This document shows, one piece after another, positions 43,040 through 56,089 of a stretch of DNA of 64,000 bases. Origin of the DNA: Octopus vulgaris (lineage: Eukaryota); contig OX597821.1 of assembly GCA_951406725.2 (NCBI GenBank), forward strand, positions 103,168,001-103,232,000. Reading direction: 5' to 3'. The position numbers were made by a program, and so were the translations under genes. The first letter of the stretch is position 1; each line of letters opens with the position of its first letter. Under the pieces are notes generated by a model that searched no databases, was not told the DNA's origin, and saw only the letters and a list, made by a program, of their open reading frames with translations.

Positions 43040-43633
43040 TTTGATTGATTGATTGACGGATGGATAAATAGACAGATAGATAGACGGTTAGATAGATAGA
43101 TGGATAGATAGATAGATTGATAGACAGAAAGATAGAAACACTATAAATAGACGGACAGATATGCGTAAAATCTGTGCGTGGAGATCTAATGTATTGCAAT
43201 TGAACAAACATAAGCTTAATTACGTATCTGGTCCTATGTGCAATAAGAAATCCAGTTTTGCTTCAACTGAAAATGGGGAAAAAAAAAAACTAAAAGCAAC
43301 TGCGACAACAACCATAACAAAACGAAAATAGCCAAAAGATCCTGTTGAAATGGAAAGAAGAAGCAAAACAGAGTCAGAAACAAAACAAAGAAGAAACGCT
43401 GTTTATTTGATGGAAATGTTTGCATAACTCTAGATGCAAAAAAAACAGAAAATAGGTATAACGGTATTTATCTGTACGAATGCGCACGTGCAGATGTCTT
43501 CTCAGTATCGGTTCTCAGTACGTACGTACGTACGTATGTATGTATGTATGTATGTATGTATGTATGTATGTATATATATAAATATAAATATATATACATA
43601 TATATATATATATATAAATATATATATATATAC

Positions 43634-43690
<57 letters not shown>

Positions 43691-44221
43691 TATATATATA
43701 AATATATATATATGTATGTATTTATTAAAAGTTTGCATGTGTATATGGATATACATGTGTTTATGTATATGTATATATATATACTCATACATACAAGCAT
43801 ATATATATACATATATGCACATATGTGCACACTCACACACACACACGCACACACACATATATATATATATAGATCTCTCACGTTCTCTATCACACTATAT
43901 GTGTATATGCACGTATGTGCTTGTATATGTTTATACATGCATGTATATATGTGTAAATATATATATATATGTGTATATATATATATACACACACATACAC
44001 ATGCATACATAAAAACATAGATACATGCAAACATACATAAATACATACATACACACGTACATATGTACATATGTGCAATCCACATGCTTGAAAGGAATCT
44101 GTAAGTAAACATCAGATAGCAAGAAAAACTTTGTGCACTTGCTGGGTTTGCTAGAAATGGCAACGAAACCCCACGTAAATTATACCCAACTATCTTAAGC
44201 ATGAGGAGGAACACGTCTGAC

Positions 44222-44430
44222 AAGGCGACGAGCTGCCAGAAACGGTAGCACGCCGTGCGAAATGCTTAGCAGTATTTCGTCTGTCTTTACGTTCTGAGTT
44301 CAAATTCCGCCAAGGTCGACTTTGCCTTTCGGGGTCGATAAATTAAGAACCAGTTGCGTACTTAGGTCGATGTAATCGACTGCTCCGTTCCTCAGAAATT
44401 TCGGGCTTTGTGCTTAGAGTAGAAAAGACA
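44222..44430 (+). mobile_element. SINE family B (tail 2)
   Basis: Colinear with 61345-61553. Confidence 0.88.
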
Positions 44431-44939
44431 ATGTGACCCTAGGAATACGTAAAAAAATTCTATTCGTAAATAAGCTCAACTTGAGATTAGTTAAGCGTAA
44501 AGAAGAACAACGACGATGATAACACCACCGCCACCACAACCACCACCACCACTAATACCAACAACAACAGTAATAATTAAGAAGTAATGAGAGAATTCAG
44601 GAACGACAGAAATTTCGTAAAGAAGCACAGATTAAATATGTTTGTAAGCAGTCAGTGGGTAAGAATATTATCTATTGCGTAAATATGTCGAACAGAGATG
44701 ATGATGATGGTAATACAATGTCATTTTGATGGTATGCGCTGCTCTCTCAATCAATCACTCAATCAATCAATAATATAATGAATAATAATAATAATAATGA
44801 TGATGATGATGATGATGATGATGACGATGATAATAATAATAATAATAATAATAATGATGATGATGATGATGATGATGACGACGACGACGACAACAACAAC
44901 AACAACAACAACACCAGCAACAACAACAACAACAAGAAC

Positions 44940-45002
<63 letters not shown>

Positions 45003-45006
45003 TTTT

Positions 45007-45183
45007 ATTTCTTTACTACCCACAAGGGACTAAACACAGAGGGGTCAAACAAGGACAAACAAACGGATTATGTCGATTATATCGCCCCCAGTGCGTAACT
45101 GGTACTTAATTTATCGACCCCGAAAGGATGAAAGGCAAAGTCAACCTCGGCGGAATTTGAACTCAGAACGTAACGGCAGACGA

Positions 45184-45185
<2 letters not shown>
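45007..45185 (-). mobile_element. SINE family B, headless, between (TAA)n tracts
   Basis: Reverse complement of B body plus tail 1. Confidence 0.88.
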
Positions 45186-45266
<81 letters not shown>

Positions 45267-45267
45267 C

Positions 45268-45319
<52 letters not shown>

Positions 45320-46099
45320 TTCACCGACTACAGTACTTGGGTTTTACTATATTTAATTGACTGAAAGGATGAATTACAATGCGTACCACATTGAGATTTG
45401 AACTTGAAAAGTAAAGAACCATCCACTCCCTAACTGTAAAGTTAGTAATGGAAACGAAAATCTATGACAATATTAATGGCGTTTATTATAACACACGGCA
45501 GTGAGTTGAAGTGAAAAAAAAATACAAGAAACTAAAGAACTAAACAACTAATAAAAAATAAGAAACAACAGCAGAACATATGTTGGCAAAATAGGAATAG
45601 CAATAATATCGACAACAATCACAACTACCACAACAACAATAACAACCACTGCTACAACAACAAGTACAGCCATGTAAACAACATCCATTAGCACATAAGC
45701 AATAAAGCAATATTTTTGTTTATATTTCCTGCATAAAGCAATAACCAAAACGATAATGAAGAATACTGTTGGAGTAATCAAAAGTAACATTTGGAAATAA
45801 ATAGATCCACCTACCAGCAGCAGCAGCAGCAGTAGCAGCAGCAGTAGCGGATTCTATATTATAGCTTATATATATTATAGCTTATATATACTTTTTTACA
45901 TTATATATATGTATGCGTTTCTACCCATTTTATACATATCTACACACACACACACACTCACAAATATATTGCAGCGAAGTACCAGTCAAAAATGACGGTG
46001 TTTGTTTAGATATGAAATAAAATATGCAGACATTATTTTTGGTATCAAAAAGAATTCTAATGTTTATCCTACTCTCTCCTCTTTTATTTTCCTTATTTA

Positions 46100-46647
46100 C
46101 GAGGGTGAGTCAAAAAGTATTGCCATTTTGTTTAGGATAGGTATAATTACCAACACAGTATCATGCATCAAAATGAAGCGGGGCTTTGTAGATCACATTC
46201 CTACTTCTCAACATAGTCACCGTTTCTCTCAATAGCAATGTTCCACCGTCGAATGAAAGCATGTATCCCTGTCCCATAAAATTATGTTGACTGCTCTTTG
46301 AGCCACTTCTTCACTAACTCCACATTCACCAGATTTAGCGCCTTCAGACTATCATCTCTTCAGCGCCAAGGAAGAGGGTTTGAGAAGCAAACGTTATTCC
46401 AGTGACAAGGAAGTGAAAACTGTAGTGAAGAAGTGGCTCAAAGAACAATCAACAGAATTTTACGGAGCAGGGATACATGCTCTCACTCGAAGGTGGAACA
46501 TTGCTATTGAGAGAAACGGTGACCATGTTGAGAAGTAGGGATGTAATCCACAGAGGACCAGCTTCATTTTGATGTATGATACATGTTTCTATGTTGGTAA
46601 TTATACCTGTCCTAAACAAAATGGCATTACTTTTTGACTCACCCTCG
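46100..46647 (+). mobile_element. Mariner-derived fold-back MITE carrying the transposase C-terminus
   Basis: TA TSDs (46098-46099, 46648-46649); ends CGAGGGTGAGTCAAAAAGTA; ~215-bp inverted arms; 46320-46538 reads PHSPDLAPSDYHLF...FYGAGIHALTRRWNIAIERNGDHVEK* (mariner YSPDLAP.DY motif). Confidence 0.93.
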
Positions 46648-46806
46648 TATTTTGAATATCAAAAACATAATTGGCTGTGTTGATGCTATTACAATTAAAT
46701 ATCATAACCATGATATTCACACTGGCTAATACATCTTGTTAAGTGAAATCATAAAAAGCAATTCCTGGATCGAGCCAACCAATCGCCGTACTCTAGAGGC
46801 CAATCG

Positions 46807-48250
46807 TTAATAAATCATTTTAAATAGCTTTCTCACACTTGTTTCATATTGTTTCCGGAATTTTCCTTGTGTAATATAATTTTCCACCACTGCTTTTTTT
46901 CTTATTACTAAAAGAACTGGCTGTTTTGGATCATTCATTGAATATATCAAGGCAAGTAAATGTCTGAAATAAGAGGTAAGTTTGTCAGAGGAAAGCACAG
47001 CCATGCATCTAACCCGTTTGTAGTCATCGATTTTAAAAATTTCCTTGTCATACGTCATATGCCATTAATTGTCATACGCCATTAATTCTTAACGCTTTAC
47101 CTGTAGTGATACATAGGACATTCTTAACCATTTACCTGTAGTGATACATAGGATACATATGTGGTGATACATAGGACATATTTCCCTGGTATCCATGTAT
47201 CATATGTAATACACTTTTCCAATTGATTTCAATCATCAGAATAACTTGGGACATAACACTTCATATTATTCAGGGCGTATGAAAGAAGGGTGAGATAAAA
47301 GTCTGAAAACAAACTCGGACGTTTAGGGCGAACTCATGAAACTACTTTGGTCAGGCAATGGTTTAAATAACCTTGTCATACATTTAACCTTTCCATGGCC
47401 GTCGCTTTTAAAATTTCGTTGCAATATAGCTAACTTGTGCATCGCTATCATTAATGTTTGTTATCATAAATCTAACCCATCCATCATTATTGCTAATTAA
47501 TTTCCGTTGTTCAGCAGCTTTTTGAAAAGTATCGTAGACAACTCTATTCATAGACTGCAGAAACACAAAGCTAGATGCTTCTTCCTACATATTCAACAAT
47601 ACTTTTCTAGAATGGAAGCGTTCAAATTCTTTAACACTGAGAGTGTATATCCTTGGAATAGTTTTATCTCAGCTATGAATTGTTGGATTGTATAGCGTAG
47701 TTTTCTTGTCAGAACCATAATGATACTTAATGAACGAACAGAGCAGACCTTGTGCTCGCTTATCTTGTTGACTTAAGAGAAATCACGCTATCAGATGGGT
47801 ATTTTTTTTCGATTAGCGGCTTCTACTGCGTGTCTCTCATTTCCTTCAGTGAAGGACACACTCTTCTATTTTCCAATAAACTGTCATCCGTGCGATTGTA
47901 TGTGATTTGTCAGTCGTTTTGTGTTCCAAGTGTCGCCACACTTAGAATACAAAAATGTATCTGACATTTAAGTTTTGAGAGTCGTTCTCTTCAACAATTA
48001 TTGGCTCATTATTAATTTTATCAGTTTGAACATTCACACAATCGAGGCATTTATTCGGAAATATATTTGATTGATTTCACTGGAGAACATATATCGTTAT
48101 TGATGCGGCAGTTGAAATTGAAATTCATTGTAAAGAACAACATATCAGCTATCAACAGTGTGCTTGCCCATATGCACAGCCGTACATTTTTGATCGGTTT
48201 CTCTACAATGGATAGCTGCAACCAGCTGCATGTGTATGCAACTGGCACTC
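46807..48250 (-). mobile_element. Possible highly decayed APE-type LINE (RT N-terminal region)
   Basis: IFKIDDYKRVRCMAVLSSDKL...QGKFRKQYET resembles IFKKGD..YR.ISLLS..K...Q.GFR; upstream FNFNCRI may be the GDFN endonuclease motif. Similarity judged by eye only. Confidence 0.35.
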
Positions 48251-48285
48251 ACAGAAACCTTTACAGCATATTTACATGCACAGTA

Positions 48286-48406
<121 letters not shown>

Positions 48407-49598
48407 GTACATAGAATGCACTTTTTGTGTCTATAACGGTCTTTGACACTTGCTTATAGTATATATATATATATATATATATATGTCTGTCTGTGTGTGT
48501 GTGTGTGTGTGTATACGACCGGATTTTACACAGTTTCCACCTCACTCACTACGCTTTGGTCAGCTCGGGGCTGTAGTAGAAGACACTTGCCCAAAGTGTT
48601 ATGCAGTGGGACTGAATACTAAGCCACGTGGCTGAAAATCGAACTTCTTAACCACCAGCCATGCTTGTATATCTATATCAATCTATGCATCTATATATCA
48701 ACATCTATATTTATGTCTATATATTTTTTATTAACATTAATCAGATGCAACAGAATATAGTCGGCTGCTCTCTGTTGCTGAATCAATAGAGGGCAGTCAC
48801 AATATATTCTTACATAACTGCCTAATCTGAAGAGCGCAGAGTTACATAATAGGATTGTTATCTAACATCCCGTAGAGCCCATAATGTGAAATCGATTGAT
48901 AAGATCGGCCATACTGCAATTAACATACCCGTTCTAGTCACAAATATACACATGCAGATGTTTTCTGATGTATGGATTCTTAAACAGTATATCTCTCTTT
49001 CTCTCTCGCTCCTTATCTATATCTATATATATATATATGACATTACACCGTTGATTCGAAAACGGCCACTGATATTAAATTATATAATAGGAAGAATGAA
49101 AATGTATTTCATCAAATTACGACCACTTTAAATCAGTTCCTCATAGCAAACAACGTTTGAACTTTCACGTACAAAATGTTAGAGGCTGAAACTAAAGGGT
49201 CAGAAAGGCATCAGAATGTAATATTCCACAATTGTCACGGCTGTTGTCATTATCGTATTCCGCGGGAAAGAGGCAGAAATTGTGACTTAACTAAAGATGT
49301 TATAACTTCCTTGTTGTGGATGAAGTAGCAATGATTTCTAGGAATACTGACGCTGAAAGCAATTTCAGTTTCAGTAGTCCTAAAAGGGGTTTTCCCTACA
49401 GTCTCACTTACCATTTCTTCTTCTTCTGTAAGTGCTATAAGGACAATTGCCGTTGAAATGTTATATTTTGAAGCGTTTCGATCTCCTTCAGTTCTAACTG
49501 TCCCTTTAAGCGAAAGCTTGAATCATGCTTTGGTTACCTGTTCTGTAGTTGCCATAATTTGAGAAATGAACCTTTACGTTTTCTCATTCTTTGCGAGT

Positions 49599-49672
49599 GC
49601 TCTAATAGCTCGAAAGTTCAAAGCACAGATCTCGCAAACTAAGCGTTTTGAGTTCTAATCTCATTTGAGGCA
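49599..49672 (+). pseudogene. Degenerate tRNA-Thr-like pseudogene (copy 1)
   Basis: GCTCTAATAGCTCG...AGCACAGATCTCGCAAACTA...GAGTTCTAATCTCATTTGAGGCA aligns with metazoan tRNA-Thr(YGT) (TAGCTC..AGAGCACTGGTCTYGTAAACCAG..GTGAGTTC.A..CTCAC..GAGGCA). Confidence 0.7.
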
Positions 49673-49850
49673 GCATCTACTAACCAACTTTTTCAAGGTA
49701 GCAACCTCGAATAATCTTAAAAGCATTAGAAAAAAATGCTTTACAGTATTTATTCCATTCTTTAAATTGAAATTCTGAGTTCAAATCCCACCGAGAACAG
49801 CTTTACTTATTTTTTGTTTTTTTGCGTTTCAGGGTCGAAAAAGTATATTA

Positions 49851-50235
49851 AGGCAGCGAGCTGGCAGAAACGTTAGCACGCCGGGCGAAATGCTTAGCGG
49901 TATTTCGTCTGCCGCTACGTTCTGAGTTCAAATTTCGCCGAGGTTGACTTTGCATTTCATCCTTTCGGGGATCGATTAAATAAGTACCAGTTACGCACTG
50001 GGGTCGATGTAATCGACTTAATCCGTGTGTCTGTCCTTGTTTGTCCCCTTGTGGGTTGTAAAGAAATAGAAATAGGTATTTCGTCTGCCGCTACGTTCTG
50101 AGTTCAAATTCCGCCGAGGTCGACTTTACCTTTCATCCTTTCGAGGTCGATTAAATAAGTACCAGTTACGCACTGGGGTCGATATAATCGACTGGCTCCC
50201 TTACCAAAAGTTTCGAGCCTTGTTCCAAGAGTAAT
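49851..50235 (+). mobile_element. Young SINE family B dimer inserted into an older B copy
   Basis: Interrupts the degenerate B (49730-49845 and 50245-50320) at its TCGA.AAA/AAAGT.CCAG block. Confidence 0.88.
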
Positions 50236-50353
50236 AAAGGAAAAAATAAAGTGCCAGTCATGTAGTGGGGTCGATGGTATCGCCAAATCCCCACCCCCTG
50301 AAAACTGTTGGTATTATATCAATAAAAATTCTTTATTTTGATTCCTTGCGATC

Positions 50354-50426
50354 ACCTTAATAACTCGGGTGTTTAAAACACTGGTTTCGTCACCAGAGCT
50401 TGTGCGTTCAAATCCCACTTGGAGCC
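50354..50426 (+). pseudogene. Degenerate tRNA-Thr(CGT)-like pseudogene (copy 2)
   Basis: CACTGGTTTCGTCACCAG anticodon arm; GTGCGTTCAAATCCCAC T-arm. Confidence 0.7.
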
Positions 50427-50686
50427 GAACCTATGAGTTTACATTTTAAAGGCGACAAGCTGGAAAAAATCTTTGACGCTTAGGAAAGAATGATTTGTAG
50501 TATTTGCTCCGGCTCTTTGAATTTTTAGTTCAAATTCAACGGAGATCAACTTTGTTTTATTCCTTCAGGGTCCATAAGGTAAAGACCCTGTCAAATGGTA
50601 GGGTCGATGGCATTTACTAATGCAACCACTCAAAACTGCTGGCATTGTACCAAAATTAAAATCCATTAATTTGATTCTCTGTGAGC

Positions 50687-50760
50687 GGCTCAATAGTTCG
50701 GAGGTTTAGAGCACTGGTCTTGCAAACTAGTGTTCGTAAGTTCGAATCTCACTCTGTTAG
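50687..50760 (+). pseudogene. Degenerate tRNA-Thr-like pseudogene (copy 3)
   Basis: GGCTCAATAGTTCGGAGGTTTAGAGCACTGGTCTTGCAAACTAG...GTAAGTTCGAATCTCAC; acceptor stem broken. Confidence 0.75.
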
Positions 50761-51207
50761 TCTACTTTTTAAAGACAGAGAACAGAAAATCTTTTGAGTG
50801 ACAGAAAATTAAGCTTTATCTTAATTAGCTCTCTCTCTTTAAATTCTACACTCAAATCCCACCAAGGCCAGTTTTGTGTTGCATGCATTTGTGTGTCGAT
50901 AAAATAAAGTACCAATGAAGTACTAAGGTCGATGGTATTTAATAATCTTTCCAGCTGACAAATTACTGAACTTGTGTCTATATCAGACAAAAATTTCGAA
51001 TCCCTAATCCAGCAAGCAGCAATTAGCATATTTGCGTTCGAATCAGTCAGAACGTTTATAGAATAAATATTCAGGCCATCTTTTCCGATTTCGCTGTTTG
51101 CTGAGCTTATAACGATTTATTAGTAGTTGACAGATATCAGCAAAGATGAGCAAACAAGATGGTAATCGAAAATATAAGCTATTTCTTAGGTTTGTTTTTC
51201 TGGTTCT

Positions 51208-51254
51208 TATTGATGATGAGACTCAACATGTCGAAACACCGGTGTTTCACAATA
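51208..51254 (+). ncRNA. Minimal hammerhead-like motif
   Basis: TATTG-ATGATGA-GAC-TCAACAT-GTC-GAAA-CACCGGTG-TTTCA-CAATA; helices I and II pair, helix III palindromic; first core base is A and there are 3 extra nt at the cleavage site. Confidence 0.55.
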
Positions 51255-51854
51255 CTTTTCGACAATAAGCCGAGTGTGTTATGAACACATAGTTGTCGTG
51301 TAAAGAAGAAGCTGTTCACTTGTGACATACACAACAACGATTAGCACATTTGTATTCGAATCTGCAGGAATGTATTAAGAATAAATATGCGAGTCATCAA
51401 TTCGTGTTTCTCTCTTCACTTTGTACATAAATATAACGATATATAATTTAATTTCATTGACCATTTTCGAATCATTTTATGTAAAGTTGGACAAACTGAT
51501 GAGAGCCACCTTCAATAGAGTGCTTTTTGGTGGTGCGAAGATAGATTTGGCCATGAAATGGAAAACAATGACGACCCATATCCTGGGGCATTTGATATAT
51601 AAATTCCAAGTGAAACGATGGTAAATACAGAATTGTTTGATCTTCTGTAATCTTTGAAGTTTTTTTTTAGTAATTAGACTTCTTTCGGTTGTTGAGTAAA
51701 TTACAAAAATATGGTAATGTTTCTTTTTGGTTAAGCAGTATTGCTTCAATTTTGCGACAGCGATTATTGATTTTAAATGCAAAGAGAAACTCTGATGAAA
51801 AAGAAATGTCGCTTCAAGATTAGTAAACAATATTTAAAGGCCAACATAAAGATA

Positions 51855-52460
51855 GTTTCAAAATTTGGCACAAGGACAGCAGTTTTTGAGGAGATGGGTG
51901 AGTCAATTACATCGACTCTATTTCTTAGCTGGTATTTATCGACCTCGAAAGGATGGAAAGCAGAATTGGCTTCAGCGGAATTTGAACCCATAATGTAAAG
52001 CTGAAATATATCTCACTAAGCATTTTGTTCAACGCACCAACGATTCTGCCAACAGACCGTCTTTGTTTCGAGTTTTTGGCACAAGGCAAATCTTACAGGT
52101 AAGGGTAGCTGATAACATAGACCTCAGTGGTCAACCGGGACTTTATGGACGTCCAAAGAACGAAATGTAAACTCAACCTTGACAGAATTTGAAACTCAGA
52201 ACTTAAAGATCTTGGAGGAATGCCACTAAGGGTTTTAGTCTGATGCGCTAACGACTCTTCTGACTCACCATCTTAAAGATCTGCACAAAATCACACAGCA
52301 AATTTATTTTATTGAAAAGCAACATGGTCGGCTATAATAATAAACTGTTTATGTTCTGAGTTGAAATTCCGCCGAGAACAAAGTTGCTTTTCACTCTTTC
52401 AGGAGTCGATGAAATTACAAACCATCTCCCATCAAACTTGCTGGCCTTGTGCTGTGATTA
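51855..52460. mobile_element. Cluster of old SINE family B copies (two minus, one plus)
   Basis: Degenerate GGAATTTGAAC / GAGTT.AAATTCCGCCGAG blocks. Confidence 0.7.
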
Positions 52461-52897
52461 GAAACGATTCTTATGATCTACTTGAAATAACATTTGCATT
52501 TCTTTGTCTTTTGTTGATACGATTTTCTTAACTTCATTCATCAATAACTACAGGATATCTATTTCTAGCAATTACCCTATTTTCTTTTTATAATTTGCAG
52601 TCTTTGATTTCTAGGTCTTCTTTATTTTTCGAGTCTTCTCTGTCCTTCATCTTCTGTTTAATTTCATCTTCTTTCAGTTATTCTTATCTTTATTACCTCT
52701 AGCATTGCTTTTGTTTCTTTTTGTGATTATTGTTGTAAGTTTCCAGTGATTTCCCTCTCAAATTCCTATGAAGTATCGATTCTTACTTCTAATAATCATC
52801 GTTTTTCGGTAGTTCATCGCCGAACAGTTTCTCCATTAAACAGATCATCTTCATCTGTTTGACTTACAATTACTTTCCACATATTTGAAAAGCTCAA

Positions 52898-53005
52898 ACT
52901 TAGGTGTTTCGCTCATAAACACACACTTCACCTGGTCTGAGATTCGAATCCGCGATCCCTCGACTGCGAGTCCGCTGCCCTAGCCACTAGGCCATGTGCC
53001 TCCAC
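52898..53005 (-). mobile_element. SINE family D head
   Basis: Matches 37473-37579. Confidence 0.85.
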
Positions 53006-53031
53006 ATATATATGTATACATTATTTTAATC

Positions 53032-53241
53032 TCTTACTTGTTTCAGTCATTTTACTATGGCCATGCTGGTGCAATGCCATTAGCCGAACAAATCGACCCC
53101 AGGACTTATTTTTTGCAAGCCTAGTACTTATTCTATCGTTGTCTTATGCGGAACGGCTAGGTTAGGAGACGTAAGCATACTAACAATGGATATCACCCAA
53201 TGATGTGGGGGCAAACACAGTCTCACAAATACACAGACACA

Positions 53242-53334
<93 letters not shown>

Positions 53335-53541
53335 ACACACACAAACACAAACACAAACACACACACACATAAACATACACGAGGGGATTCTTTCAGTTTC
53401 CATCTAAGAAATCCACTCACAAGGCCTTAGTCGGCCGGAGGCTATAGTAGAAAGCACTCGCCGAGGGCGAGACGTAGTGGGAATGAACCCAGAACCATGT
53501 GGTTGGGAGACAAGCATGTTACCACACAGCCATTCCGGCGC
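53032..53541 (-). mobile_element. SINE family A with long internal (CA)n
   Basis: Reverse complement of family A. Confidence 0.85.
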
Positions 53542-54079
53542 ATACATGTGTGTGTGTGTGACTTCGTGCTTGTTTTGGCCTCTCCACCGCTTCACAGCAG
53601 GTCAAGCAGAAGCGGGCATGATGGATGGATTGCTACGATACAGCATGTTCAAGTTGGAACATGATGGATTGTAGCAAAGACGGAGAGCATTACGTAAGAT
53701 TAGAAACAACCAAAATAATCCCACACACTATCTACGAGTTGAGTCAGGGACCTCATATTAACAGATACGTACATACATACATACATACATACATACATAC
53801 ATACATACATACATACATACACATACATACATACATACATACATACATACATACATACATGCATGCATACATACATACATACATACATGCATGCATACAT
53901 ACATACATATATACATGCATACATACATACATATATACATGCATACATACACATACATACATACATACATACATACACACATGCATACATACATATATAC
54001 ATACATACATAAACTTATACACGTATAGGCATATTTATTTGCCTCTGTGTGTGCGTTATGTATATATATATATATATAT

Positions 54080-54113
<34 letters not shown>

Positions 54114-54176
54114 ATATATATGTACATACATACATACATATATATATGTACATACATACATATATACATACATACA

Positions 54177-54255
<79 letters not shown>

Positions 54256-54634
54256 ACATACATACATATATATATATATATATAATTAATATTAGGGAAA
54301 TAAAGATTTTAGAAATTTTTACTACTAGTGGTCTAGCGTATAGAAAAATTAGCCAATAGACTCGACTGGAAGGTTCTGAGAATCCAGAATGTGTTCCTGG
54401 AACCATGTGTTGGGGAAGCAAGCTTCTTGCTACACAGCCACGCCTGCGTCTAAATATTGCATCGCCCGCATATATTCATATATGTGTAGGTATATATATA
54501 TATATTTATATAATTTAGATTCAAATGAATATGGTACTTAACTTAGATGCATCAGAATTTATTTTTGGTATTACCCATAAAATTATATGGGGTGATTATA
54601 ACCAAAAAATAAGCAACAAGAATGGATCGGTAGT

Positions 54635-54719
54635 TTTTGTACAATTGTTTCATACTATAACAATTTATTAAAGCTGCAAATATTACAGCAAATATAATGT
54701 TAAGTAATCTTCAGCTAAA
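54635..54719 (-). ncRNA. Hammerhead-like motif with intact core and long helix II
   Basis: Reverse strand TTTAG-CTGAAGA-[56-nt hairpin: TACT/AGTA, TAAC/GTTA, GCTGTAA/TTGCAGC]-GAAA-CAATTG-TA-CAAAA. Confidence 0.6.
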
Positions 54720-54959
54720 TTTCATATAGGTTTTCCAAACATCTTAGAGAGTGCAAATATACTTATAAAGTTATAGATGTGAGCTCCAGGAACTTGAAGC
54801 AAGATTCCAGGCAGACCATATATGCTTTCCAACAATACAATACAAAGTTCTTAAATTAATTAGTGACATTGGTTATATATTTATATAGACATTTATATGC
54901 TTACGCAAACTCAAGTATACACGTATCTGTCTTTCTTCCCACGTTTCCTCTCCTAAATA

Positions 54960-55150
54960 TCTAAAGCTATATATATAACCCAACACACACATCTTTTCTC
55001 TCCTTGTTTTCTGTGTCCCTTTCTGTAGAAGAGCGTAGGCTCGAAACGTAAAAGACTTTTTCTATTCCTGAGCGTTATACTAATACATCTGTTTGTTTTG
55101 TGCACCACCTGTCGTCGTCTTTTGTTATTTTTTTCGTAAACTCTCCCTAT
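54960..55150 (+). mobile_element. Penelope-like terminal-repeat fragment with minimal hammerhead (55019-55054)
   Basis: CTTT-CTGTAGA-A-GAGC-GTAG-GCTC-GAAA-CG-TA-AAAG inside a ~190-bp T-rich insert flanked by TA runs. Confidence 0.55.
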
Positions 55151-55183
55151 ATATAGCTTTAGATATTTATCTACATATATAAC

Positions 55184-55238
<55 letters not shown>

Positions 55239-56053
55239 GTATATACGTACATCGATGTATGTATACACACAGGTATATAGACACATACATATACACACAT
55301 ATTACTGTTTCCTTTAACAGCAACGATCAGTAGTTTGGTTGATAGGAATTAAGATAATGGCTGCGCTAACGAGGTTATGTGAATTCAAAAACATGTTTAG
55401 GTGTATTGCGATAATGACGTTAGAAGAGATGAAATGGAAATGTTCCTGCAATGACACACACACACGCACGCACATACACACACACACGTACACACACACA
55501 CACACATATGTATATATATATATACATAAAGTTATATATATAATCACACGCAAATACGTATGCTATACATATGCATATTTCTACACACACACACACAGAG
55601 GCACACAAACACAAAGACACACACACGCACATAGACACACACACACACACACGCACATATATATACGCACACATGCATATGCACACACAATTACATTGCA
55701 ATGACGTAGGACTATAAGCATACATACATTTGTATGAATATATATACATATATATTTGCCGGTGTGTATATATACACATATACATATATACATACATATA
55801 TATATTCATATAAATATACATAGATATTGTTACATACGTACATATATGTGCGTATATATATATATATATACTTACATCAATTATAACTCTGCATATATAT
55901 GTGTATATATGCACACACATATATATGTATGTACATATATATTTCTATATATGTACATATATATGTACATATATATATATACATATATATACATATATAT
56001 ATGTATATAATATGTATATATATATTTATACATATACATAATACATACATACA

Positions 56054-56089
<36 letters not shown>

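Noticed and set aside
47050-47180. Short tandem duplications (GCCATTAATT x2; GTGATACATAGGA x3)
   Set aside because: Ordinary slippage duplications with no sign of function.
49250-49525. About 90-codon stop-free frame on the minus strand with a GGTAAGTG donor-like site at ~49405
   Set aside because: No recognisable domain or partner exons; cannot be distinguished from chance or a decayed transposon.
52490-52890. Purine-rich minus-strand stretch suggestive of a LINE ORF1 coiled coil
   Set aside because: Many stops and no diagnostic motif.
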